Positions 11,549-22,808 of a stretch of 64,000 nucleotides of DNA are shown one piece after another. A model generated the notes under the pieces. That model ran no database searches, was not told the DNA's origin, and was given only the letters and a program-made list of their open reading frames with translations. The stretch is taken from contig MU053934.1 of assembly GCA_013239625.1 (NCBI GenBank), positions 12,497,413 to 12,561,412 on the forward strand, written 5' to 3'. The position numbers and the translations under genes are program-made. Source of the stretch: Lama guanicoe. Its lineage: Eukaryota. How positions within the stretch are numbered: the stretch's first letter is position 1; each line of letters starts with the position of its first letter.

Positions 11549-13890
11549 ATGAAGGTGGCTGTGGTGAGTACCGGACCCACACAGGAGCTGCCCGGGGACC
11601 ACTCCCTGTGGAGCGGGGCTGCACCACGCCCCTCCCGAGGGCTCCCGCCAGCACGTTCGCCTGGGCCAAAGGTCTCCCCCTTCCTGCCATGGTCTAGCTG
11701 GGGCAAGGGTCACCAGCCTAACCCCTGGGCTCCGCGTGGACCCAGGTCTCCAGGAGGAGATGCCGGGTGGGGTGCGGTGCTCCCGCGCAGCATCCCCGTA
11801 CGTCACTGGGAAGTGGGTATCCCGCACACCTGCTCTGCAGAGTATGGCGCCAGGAGCGGGAGGCCGTCCAAGGCCCCTGTGCCTGTGCTGGGGAGGGGCT
11901 GTGCCCTGGGGCGTCTCACCTGGCTGCATCCACATCGCAGAGTCCTGTGCCCCGGGGGATGGCCTCACTCCCTCTTGGAGCTGGCATCACGGTGTAATAG
12001 GTTCAATCCCCCACCCAACCAGGGCCCAGACCCTTCCCTGGTCTACCGGCCTGATATGGACCCAGATGTGGCCAAAGACAAGGGCAGCTTCCGAAACTAT
12101 ACGGTAGGACCCTGTCCCCCAACTCCTGGGGAGAGTAGCACCTGTCCCCTCACACAGCTCCAGGGGCCACCCTTGGGGAGGCCCTGTGTGCACCTTGGGG
12201 CCCAGCCTGGGAGAGAGGAGATAGCAGCTCCCTGGGTGTGAAGGGCAGGCGTTGGCGAGCTGCCTGGCTGACTGTCCGGCTTGCAGTCTGGCCCGCTCCT
12301 GGACCGTGTCTTCGCCACCTACAAGCTTATGCACACACGGCAGACTGTGGACTTCGTCAGGAAGAAGGTAGCTGGTGGGCTCCTAGCCCTAATTCTCCCA
12401 GTGCCAACCCTGCGGCCACACTGACCTTCTCTTCCTGGCCAGCATGCCCAGTTTGGGGGCTTCTCCTATAAGAAAATGACCGTCATGGAGGCTGTGGACA
12501 TGCTGGATGGGCTGGTGGATGAGTCGGACCCCGACGTGGACTTCCCTAACTCCTTCCACGCCTTTCAGACGGCTGAAGGCATCCGGAAGGCCCATCCTGA
12601 CAAGGGTGTGCTCCCCACCTGCCCCAGCTGTGGGGACGGGGTCAAGTAGGGGTCTGTCCCTTTCCCGGTAGGCCCCACTCACCCCGCCCGCCAGCCTGCC
12701 CTGTTCCTCTCTCTCCCAGACTGGTTCCACCTCGTTGGGCTCCTGCACGACCTAGGGAAGGTCCTGGCTCTGGCAGGGGAGCCCCAGGTGAGGAGAGGCT
12801 GGGGAGTGGGTTCAGCAGGGTGGGGCTCAGGGCAGTCTCAGCTATGGGCTCTGGATATCCACTTGGTGGGCAGTCAGTCACGCCCACCCACGGCTGCCTG
12901 TCCTCCCCAGTGGGCAGTTGTTGGAGATACCTTCCCAGTTGGCTGCCGTCCCCAGGCCTCTGTGGTTTTCTGTGACTCCACCTTCCAGGATAACCCTGAC
13001 CTCCAGGATCCTCTGTACAGGTGTGCCTCCCTTGCTGTTGGTCCTCCCTCTCCCCAGTGAGCTCCTGAGCCCCCCTCACCCTCCATCTCTCCCTGCAGCA
13101 CGGAGCTTGGCATGTACCAGCCCCACTGTGGGCTCGAGAATGTCCTCATGTCGTGGGGCCATGACGGTGAGGCCATTTAGTGAGTGGGGTGGGACCATGG
13201 TTGGGGACCACCTCTCTAGGTGCCTGGTGGTGACACCCTCTTTCTCACAGAGTACATGTACCAGATGATGAAGTTCAACAAATTCTCCCTCCCACCAGAG
13301 GTAGGTGGTAGGGAGGAACCAAACCAAGAGCCCAGCCCAGCCTGGTCCACCCCAGTCCCGTCCAGCCCAGTTCAGTCTAGCCTAGCCCAGTCTAGTCCAG
13401 CTCAGCCTAGTCTGGCCCAGCCCAGCCCAGTTCAGTCCAGCTCAGCCTGGCCCAGCCCAGACCAGCTCAACCCTGCCCAGTATGGTCTGGCTCAGCCTGG
13501 CTCAGTCCAGCCCAGCCCGGCCCGGCCCACCTGGAACGTGTGGGGTGTGGTTTCCTCTTGCCCCAGGCCTTCTACATGATCAGATTCCACTCCTTCTACC
13601 CGTGGCACACGGGTGGCGACTACCGGCAGCTGTGCAGTGCGCGGGACCTGGCCATGCTGCCCTGGGTGCGGGAGTTCAAGTAGGGCTGTCCATGTGGGGG
13701 ATGGGGGGGAGGGAACGGGGGACGGGGACAAGAGGGGGGCATGGAGGGGTTTCACGAGGCACCACACCTCCCCCAATGCAGCAAGTTCGATCTCTACACC
13801 AAGTGCCATGACCTGCCTGACGTGGATGATCTCCGGCCCTACTACCAGGGGCTCATCGATAAGTACTGCCCTGGCGTCCTGCGCTGGTGA
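11549..13890 (+). CDS. MIOX: myo-inositol oxygenase, 285 aa, 10 exons
   Basis: Exons 11549-11563, 12023-12103, 12287-12367, 12443-12605, 12720-12787, 12911-13020, 13099-13166, 13251-13300, 13567-13679, 13782-13890; all GT-AG; 858 nt; di-iron ligand motifs FHAFQ, LLHDLGK, WGHDE, RFHS, KFDLY intact; AATAAA 14025-14030. Confidence 0.98.
13330..13528. repeat. Degenerate (CCCAG)n pentamer array in MIOX intron 8
   Basis: About 40 units of cccag/tccag/ctcag/cctag. Confidence 0.9.
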
Positions 13891-14629
13891 CCGGCCTGCC
13901 CGCCCTGTGCAGGCCTGGCCGAGCGTCTGATGACGGCCCCCGTTGGGCACAGTGACGGCCTGCCTGGCCTTTCCAGGGGCCCCCACTGTGCCCACTTACG
14001 GGCTGCACTCCCTGACCTGGTGGCAATAAAGACCTTGAGGCAGCCTGTGAGTCGGAGCCTCACTGAGGCGGACACTCAGTCCGTGTGCGGCCTCTTGGAC
14101 ACACGTCCTGCTTTTGCTGCCACCATAAGCATCTCACTAGTCCTCTGAGCTCTGGCATCAGAACCTGGGGTCACCTTGCTCACCTCCACATTCTTGAAAC
14201 CGTCCCTGAGCCCTCTGGGCTTGGTCTCCTTAAACAAAACACAACATCCGTGAGCTAGAAGAACACACTACAGAAACATAAAATGAACACACAGCCCTGA
14301 AGAGCCCCCCAGGCTGGTTTTCTGGGTGCCCCAAGGTGTGGCCTCACCTTGGCTGGACAGTCACCTCCTCCCTGTGGCTTCATCCCCCAGGAGTAACCCT
14401 CAGCACTGCAGGGAGCGCCAGCCACTGCCATCCCAGCGTTTATCTCTGAAGAAAGTGGGTTGTTGGTCTGGGAGTTTCCTGTGGGAGTTCACGGATTGCA
14501 GCCCCTCAGTACCCAGCAGTGTTTTCTCTGTATTTCCTGCTAATTAGTAAAAGAATTCAGAGGCTTACTCAGTTTCAGGTTTGGCTTGTTGGGGACGGAA
14601 GCTGGCTTTAGTAGGAGGTACAACTGGGG

Positions 14630-14675
14630 AGTGTGTGTGTCTGTATGTGCGTGTGTGTGCATGTGTGTGTGTGTG
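14630..14675. repeat. Imperfect (TG)n microsatellite
   Basis: gtgtgtgtgtctgtatgtgcgtgtgtgtgcatgtgtgtgtgtgtg. Confidence 0.85.
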
Positions 14676-15054
14676 GCCTCAGGGTAGTCTAAGGGTGTCC
14701 TTCCCCGTTGGCGTAAGAACAGCCGCTTCCCTGGTAGAACCTGGCGGGCGGCAAAGAGTGATTCCGCCAGTGCAGTTTGGATACTGTTCATGCAGGAGAG
14801 GCAAATAAATGCTCTTGTCTTTCTCTCAACTTACCAATTTGCAAGAGCTGGCTCCCCAGCATCCTTCAAATGCGATCAAGTTGTCTGCTTCTGTATCAAG
14901 AACGCAGAGATTTTAGCTACTTGTGCTTCACCTCAGTGAACTGATATCTTTCTGGTGCTCAGTCAGGGTTGGGGAGGGGCTTGCAGGTGGGCTCCTGGGT
15001 CCTTCTGACACCGTCTCGGGGATGTCTTGCCATCTGGTGTAACAAAATGCCCAG

Positions 15055-15461
15055 ACTGTTAACATCCTGTGTCTGCTGTGACAGATTACCACAAACATGG
15101 TGACTTGTTTTAAGAAACAATAGAAATGTGCTCTCAAGTTCTGGAAGCCAGGAGTCTGAGATCCAGGTGTGAGCAGGGACAGGCGCCCTCTAGAGGCTCT
15201 GGGAGGGTCTTCTATAGCTTTTCCAGAGGCAGGTGGCCACCAGGATCCCCGGGCTGGTGGCTGCGTGTCTCTGCTGTCTTCTTTACGTGACTTCTCTGTG
15301 TGTCAGTCTCCCTCTGCCTCTCTCTTATGAAGACGCTTGTGAGGTGTTTAGGGCCCTCCCGGGTTATCCAGGGTGATCTCCTCATCACAAGAGCCTTAGT
15401 TCTATCTGCAAGATGCTTTTGCACAGTAAGGTTACATTTGGCTGTTTTTCAGCTTACCACA
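15055..15461 (-). mobile_element. MaLR solo LTR, MLT1-like
   Basis: MLT1 hallmark blocks (attaccacaaac, gttctggaagccaggagtctgagatccaggtgt, atctgcaaga, cagcttaccaca end); recognised from memory of consensus. Confidence 0.75.
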
Positions 15462-16719
15462 AAGGCTGCCCTAGACGTGGAATTGGCCATTTCTCCAGCA
15501 AACCTTGGTTTCTCTGAGTGGGAAATTGTATTTTGAATCCTCGTGCTGAGGCTGAAGACCCAATCACTTGAACGTCCACCTCCATTGCCCACTGCCCTGA
15601 CCCTGCCTGGCCCGGCTGCTGCACGGCCCTGCCCTCCTGTCCTGCACAAACCCCTCCTGGCCCTACCCTTGTGCAGCCGTCAGGGGAGGGCTGGCTCAAG
15701 TATGCCAGAAGGCTTTGCCCAAGATCCTCCCCGCTCACTCTGCTTCCTTCTGGAGCATCACTGCCTGCCCTGGGCTTCCTCGTACCGTCCCCAGGCAGCC
15801 TCCCCAGCTGCAGCCCCTTCAGCTTTTGAGCTCAGGCAGGGAAGGTGCAGGCCGCCAAGGGGGGTCCCTCCCTAGAGCTGCTTGTGGGGTGCAGGGGGTG
15901 CTAGAGAGGCAGGTCTCTGAGGAGGCTGCGGGGGAAGAGAACTGGGAGCCCAAAGCTGGAGGCGAGGCCCGGCAGTCTGCCATCCCAGAGGAGCCTCCCC
16001 CATGCAGGGCAGGAGTCGCCACCTCCCCCCACCCCTGAGCCTCTCTGTGGCCCTGCAGACCCTAACCTGGCCACCTGCAGAAAGGCCCCAGGGTTGGGGA
16101 TTGTGGGGGCCAGGGCCTCCATATTTCTGTCTACCCAGGGGACTGCCAGGCCTTATGGGGTTGAGGGTGCAGGCACTGGGGCCACTGAGGAGCCCGCAGA
16201 AAGAAGGGGGCTCGGCTTTGCCCTGACGCCTGCCCGCTGCACACAGCCCCTCCTCCAGCCCCTCCTGTGCCAACTGTGGCCTTCCAGCACCCTTCTAATG
16301 AGTTATATTTCTCTTGAAATGAGCCAGTTTCCTTCAAGAAAGTGGTTGCAAGCAACGAGAGTCCGAGAGGAACCTAGGACTTGTTATCAGGCCCATTTGG
16401 GGCTGAACATTGCGAATGCCCTGCGAGGGTTGGAGGCGGCTCTTGGCCTGCAGGGGCAGAGCTGCTGCTTACGGACTCTGCAGCCCTAGACAGGTCATGG
16501 GGACCACCAGGGGCAGGCACCGGGGGAGGAGGGCTACTTCTAGGGGCACAGATGGCCCAAGGGAGTACAACCAGTTCAGGTCCCTAAACTTCAGGCTCAA
16601 GGCTTGGACTGAAACAGGAAGGTCTGTGATTGTGCCCAGACCACAGCTCCTGGAGTGTGGCCAGCAGTGGCCTGGCTGCCCCTGAAGGCCTGGGTCCGCA
16701 GGGGGCCTGTGCGGTCACT

Positions 16720-17220
16720 GCTGTTCTCACAATAGGCCAACAAAATGGTCAGTATCACTCAATATAGAAAAAATGTTTGGTGTCAATACTAGAGAAATGC
16801 AAATCAAAACTACAAAAAAAGTAAAATAAAATAATGTAAAATACTCGTCCCTTTTCCAACAAAACATCTTGCTGAGGCCGGACTGTCTTAATATATTTTG
16901 ACCAAAGCGTATTGTAACATTGACTGGAAGTGGATATAAGAAGCGGGACATTAAAGAGATTTTGCAAAAACATAAAATTACGCCACTCTTCTCACTCATT
17001 TTTATCTTGAAAAAGAGTTACCTTTCAATTAAAAATTTGTTATTATGATAACACATAGTGAGTTCATTTTTACATTTAAATAAAATTTATAAGCAAATAT
17101 TTAAAGATCTTCTCAGTGTGATTTCCAATGTGGTAAACATTGACAGAAAGAATCCTAATAAACAAAATCTGTTTGGGGTCCTCAGTAATTTTAAAGAACG
17201 TACAGGGGTCCTGAGACCAG
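16720..17220 (+). mobile_element. hAT-Charlie1-like DNA transposon relic
   Basis: AT-rich island in GC-rich flanks ending tttggggtcctcagtaattttaaagaacgtacaggggtcctgagacca, resembling the Charlie1 terminus. Confidence 0.55.
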
Positions 17221-18060
17221 ATGGCCTGGTGACTTCCTTTTGCAGAAACCCCAAAGCTGGCCCCGGGGGCTCCATGAAGGCAGAAGTGGAGGCCACGTGT
17301 AGCTTTCTCACCAAACGCCAGGGCTACCAGCATGGCCACCCCAGAGCCCAAGGGGAGCAGGTGGCCTCTCCCAAAGGGACCTCCCATGTAGTGAGCGGCA
17401 ATTTGTCACCACTGACCCCCTTGTGTGTGGACCTGCCACCCACCCCATGCTCCCTTCAGCACCGCCGTCCACTGACTCACAAACGCCCTTCACTGAGGGA
17501 CCTGCGCAGCACTGCCTCTGCTTAAAGGAGAGGCTGGTGTCACAGGACCCCGTACACCCCACGACCCCAAACCAACGATCTGAGGGAGTGAGTGGTGCAG
17601 GGACCACCGAAGACCCGGCCCTGGTGCCAGGTCAGAGACACTGCCCTTGGGAGTCGGGCTGCGGAAAATGCCCGGCAGGGAGCCCCGAACAGTCTGGTGT
17701 CTGTAGGGGAGCGGCTCTCACTCTGACACCTGCCACCCGAGGCGAGGCTGTGGCTACCTGTCCCAGTGACCGGGTGATGCCGCATGTGGACTGTGGCTCC
17801 TGAGGAAGCAGGGCCTCCTCCGAGAGACACAGCAGCATCTCCTCTGAGTGGGACACGGTTTAGAGCACCTCCGCCACTGGACGCGCAGGTGTGGCTGGCG
17901 TGGACCCCCACCGGGAAAGGGCTGCTGGCGGGCGACTGAGAGGCTGGAGGATGCGGAACAAGCTCCAGGAGACCCCGGGATGCTCGAAAACCGCCAGGCC
18001 CAGCGGCCAGGGTCAGTGGAAGACACAGTGCCCTCTGCAGATGGGCCCGAGGGCTCAGAC

Positions 18061-18675
18061 TGTCACCAAGCAGGACCCTCTGGGGCCTTTCCAGGACAGA
18101 CCCCCCTTGGCCCCCATGTCCTCTGCCTGCCTCTGGTTTCTAGAAAAACTTTAGCCTCATAGGCCACCCTGAGTTCCAAAGAGTACACTTAATCAGAGAA
18201 GTGAGAAAACCCAGAAAGAAAGGAAAACAGTCCAGCAAGACAAAATAATAATAGTTTAGCTATTAAACAAAGTCAAGGACCTGTAGCTCCTCCTCAGGGT
18301 CTGTGGATCATACTCTGAGCCCCATCCTTTGAGCTGCTTTGCAGGTGCTGAAGCCCCCACCAGGCGGAGGAAGTTAACTGTGCTGCTCACCAGCCCGGAG
18401 ACCCCAGACCTGCTGGAACCAGAAGGCTGATGCTGCTCACGCCCCAAGACCTCACTACCCACCAATCAGAGTGTTCTCCAGCTGATCACACAGCCCACAG
18501 CTCCTGCCCTCACCCTGTCTTTAAAAACTTTTCCCTGAAAGCCTTCGGGGAGTTCAGGCCTTCTGAGCGCCAGCTGCCTGGACTCCTTGCTGGGCACCTG
18601 CAGTAAACGCTGTGCTTTCCTTCACCACAACCAGGTCGCAGATTGGCTTAATTTTCCAAGCTTGTTTTGGTAACA
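18061..18675 (+). mobile_element. ERV1-class solo LTR
   Basis: Begins TGT, ends TAACA; internal TATA-like tttaaaaa, ttcggggagttc block and AGTAAA poly(A)-like signal in LTR order; no clean TSD seen. Confidence 0.55.
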
Positions 18676-19499
18676 AGGTGCCTCTAAACGGTGCGGGTGG
18701 AGGAGGCCCTAAACACCAGCTGGGGATTGTTGCAGGAACAAGCGTAACAGGCATCTTCTCCTTTGTTGTCCTTCAAACATGGATCAATTTTTTGTCTCTT
18801 TTGGTGGCTAACTTCACAGTTCACTGTGGGAAATGCGGAATTTTGAGACGGGGCTGTGCTGAGCTCGAAGGGGTGGGTGTGGAAGAGGAGTAGACCTGGG
18901 GGCCTCCGACTTTGGCACGAGCCAGGGTTAGGGTCAGGGAGGCATAGTGAGTGACTGCCTTGTGTCAGTGGAACGCTGTGTCAAGGGGACGGAGTGTGAA
19001 TCAGAAAGATGGGTTCATCAGGGGCCAGGCACCTGGGGTGGGCATCAGGTTTTCCAGTGTTGGGACTCCTCCCATGGAGGGGATCTGCCCTTCCAGGAGT
19101 CTGGGTGGGAGGCAAGAAAGAGAGAGCCCTGGCACTCACCAGCAGCAATGGGACCATGTTCTAGCCACACTGGACTCCGCATCTGAAGCTGGGAGTCAGT
19201 CTTCCCTGGATCCAGGCACCCTGTGTCCTCACCAGGCTGGGCTGTGGCACAGCTTTGCCCCTGGTCAATCTTAGTAAGTTTATTCCTGGTATAGGGACAT
19301 TCAAGAGAATCATTGGCTCACTGCATTTGTACGTCTATTTATTTACGGTTTTTTTTTTTTGAAGCTTGGAAAGATTGTTAGGTCAGATAACTGAGCAGTT
19401 AAAAAATAAATTCAAGTTAAATTTGTAAAGCAGTTAAAATATTTTAGGCATTTAAAATTTATAAGTGGAACCCTTGAGAGTTATTGCTAAAACCGGCTA

Positions 19500-21100
19500 G
19501 ATTCAAATAGAAGAAAATAAAAGTACATGGATTGGGAGACTTACCATTGTTAAGACGATACAGTTGACCCTGAACAATGCCAATTTGAACTGCAAGGTTC
19601 CACTTATATGTGGATTTTCCCCACTAGCTACCACCACCGTACTACACAATCCTTGGCTGGTTGAATCCATGGATGCAGAACCTTGGGTGTGGATGGCCAA
19701 CTCTAAGCTTATACTTGGATTTTTGACTGCATGGAGGTCGGCACCACTAACCTTGGCATTGCTCAAGGGTCATCTGTACTATCAAAGTGATCTACAGATT
19801 CGATGCAATCTTTGTCAAAATCCCAATGGGACTTTTTTGCAGAAATAAAAGAAAAATCCATTCTAAAATCTCAAGGGACCCCAAATAGTCAAAAAGTCTC
19901 GAAAAAGAAGAATAAAGCTGGCAGACTCAGACTTCCCAACTTCAAAACTTACTACAAAACTACAGTAATCCAAACAGTGTGACACTGGCATAAAGACAGA
20001 TGTACAGACCCATGGACCAGAACAGACATTCCGTAACAGAGCCCTTACATATGCGGTCAGTTGATTTTCAGCATGGGTGCCAAGACCATTCAATGGGGGA
20101 AAGAATTGTCTTTTCAACAAATGGTGCTGGGAAAATGGATATCTCCATGCAAAAGAATGAAATTGGACTTTTACTTCACATTATATGCAAAAATAAACTT
20201 GAAATGGGTCAATGACCTAAGAGTAAGAGCTGAAACTATAAAACTCTTAGAAGAAAATATAAGCGGAACTCTTCACAACCTTAGATTTGGCAATGATTTC
20301 TTGGATATGCCACCAAAAGCACAGACAATAAAAAAAATTAATTGGACTTTATAAACACTAAAAACTTTTGCGTGTCAAAGGACACTATAAGGAGATGGAT
20401 GTTGTCAAAAAAGGGAAAATAACAAGTGTCAGTAAGGATGTGAAGAAATGGGAGCCCTGGGACACTGCTGGAGGGAACGTGAAAGGGTGCAGCTGCTGTG
20501 GAAAAGTTAGGTGGCCCCTCAAAAATTAACCATAAAATCTCCTTATGAGCCTGCAATTCCACTCCTAGATATGTATCCCAAAGAAGTGCAAGCAGGGACT
20601 CAAACAGATACTTGTGCACCCATGTGCACAGCAGCACTGCTCACAACAGCCAAGAGGGGAAAACTGAAATGTCTATTGATGGATCAATGGATGAACAAAA
20701 TGCGGTATCAACATATAATGGAATACTATTCAGCCATAAAAAGGAACGAAGTTCTGGCACCTGCTACTATACGGACACTCTGAAAATGTTATGCTAAGCG
20801 AAAGAAGCCAGACATAAAAGGGCACAAATTGTATGATTCTATTTACCTATAGTGTCCAGAACAGGTAACTCCATGCGGGCAAAAAGTAGATTAGTTGTTG
20901 CCTAGGGCATGGGAAGGAGCAGGGCAGAAGATGCCGGCTACATGGAACAGGCATTCTTCTCGAGTTGATAAAAAGGCTTTACAATTGACTATGGTGATGG
21001 ATGCACAACCCTGTATCTGCTGAATTGTGCCCTGTGAGTGGATGAATTGTAGGCATATGAATTATATCTCAGGAAGGCTGTTACAGAAAACAAAACAAAA
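19500..21100 (+). mobile_element. Old L1 3' fragment (ORF2 end plus 3' UTR), interrupted by a Tigger2-type MITE
   Basis: Degenerate ORF2 peptides (AKTIQWGK, KRMKLDFYFTLYAKINLKWV, PYEPAIPLLDMYPKE, MEYYSAIKRNE). Confidence 0.9.
19561..19776. mobile_element. Tigger2-derived MITE (MER8-like)
   Basis: Terminal inverted repeats CAGTTGACCCTGAACAA / TTGCTCAAGGGTCATCTG flanked by TA on both sides. Confidence 0.85.
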
Positions 21101-21173
21101 ACCCCAAAGGCAGATTCACACACTAAGCTCAAAAGCTTAAGAAAAAGAACAGGTTTTAATGTTTCATTATATT

Positions 21174-21491
21174 ACCATCGTTTCTCTGTATTCCAGGGTG
21201 GTTTGTTCCAGGAATCCCCGCCCAGATACCAAAATCTGTGGATGCTCAAGTACATAGTATACAATGGAATAGTGCTTGCATAAGCCTACACACACCCTCC
21301 CATATGCCCTAAATCACTTCTAGGCTACCTGTAATACCTAATACAATGTAAATACTGTGCAACTAGGTGCTGGTTGTGCAGCAGATTCAAGTTTTGCTTT
21401 TTGGAACTTCATGGAATTTTTTTCGGTTCTTTTCAACCTGCGGTTGGTGGAGTTTGTGGCTGCAGATGCTGAGGAACGATGGCCAGCTATA
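21174..21491 (+). mobile_element. MER2-like Tigger element
   Basis: gttccagga...gataccaaaatctgtggatgctcaagt...taatacctaatacaatgtaaat matches recalled MER2 consensus. Confidence 0.75.
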
Positions 21492-22808
21492 CAGGCTTGA
21501 GCAAAAAAGTCAGCTTGTGGATGATTTAATCATGTGTGAGAGCATCGGAAAGCTCAGTCATAGGTCCCCTTGAGCCGTGTGTGACTGTGGGCACAGGCTG
21601 AGCATGCAGCTCCAGCCACTTGGGTCAGTCAGAGGCGCTGGGCACCTTGAGGGGCCGTCTAGGGGTCTGTGAGGTGAAAGCATGAGGGGTGGGAGCTGAA
21701 GACAGAGCCAGGCACAGGGAGGGCCGTGACCTCCTGATTGACAACTGATCCCCAAACAGAAACCTGGACCGTGCTTTCAACTCTTGTTCCCAGGAAATGG
21801 TCAGAATACAGGTGGTCAGATGCATCCTCCCTCTTCTGCCCCTGGCCCAGGGCCTCCGTTCCATGCTCCTCTCCCCACACATACCCCATTCCGCTCTGCC
21901 AGGGGCCTGACAAGCTTCCTGACATGGTGCCCATGCCTGCCCTTCCCACCTCCCCTCCCCTCCTCCTTCACCCCGCCTAAGCAAGGTCCAGTGGGCTGAC
22001 CCTTCAGTCCCCTGAGATGAGGAAGTGGGAGCAGAAGAGTGGGAAGGGGCTGGGTTCTGGGGAATCCTCCAGCCCTCACAGGTTCCACAATCTAGCACTG
22101 GCCTCGCAGCCTTGATGTGTGGAGCTGACAGGTCAGCCAGGCTGTGCCAGGCTGAGGCTGAAGGCCTCAGGCAGCGCTGGGCAAGGGCTTTGTATTCATT
22201 TTATAGACGGGAACGTGGAGGACTAGACAGCTAAGGCACCCACGAAGCCAGGCCAGCTATCAGCTGGACAGCATCTGGGCTGTGTCCACCACCCAAGGCA
22301 GGGTAGGCCCACTGTCTTCAGGCCTCCCCAGTGGGAAGGAAAAGTCAGGCACATGGTCAAGCACAAATTGCCTTTATTGGCTCACAGATCCGAACGATGG
22401 GACAGGCTGGTGTGGACATGACCTCAGGGCCATCTTTCCACCTCTTCCTCAGCAGGTCAGCCTCATCCCTTGTGCAGGGGCTGGGGCCAGGGCCATCAGA
22501 CTCGGACCCCTACAGTAGGGGCAGAGGGAAAGAGCCTCCCACAGGCCTGCTGACCACGTCCTGGGAAGGACGCCGAGCCACGTCACACACGGCCCTCCTG
22601 AGCCATCGATCAGGTGAGAAGGTGACCTCGGACAGAATGTGGCTGGTGTGGGGGGACAGGTAGGCCCTGGGAGCAGAAGGGCAGCACCCCAACCTGGGTC
22701 TGTGTGGCGGTTGGCTAAGGCACGGTGGCTGGGCCGTATCCTGCTGCAGAAGGCCAGAGAGGAGCTGGAACCCCGACCCCCTTGAGATGTGCAGCTGATA
22801 GGACGCAA

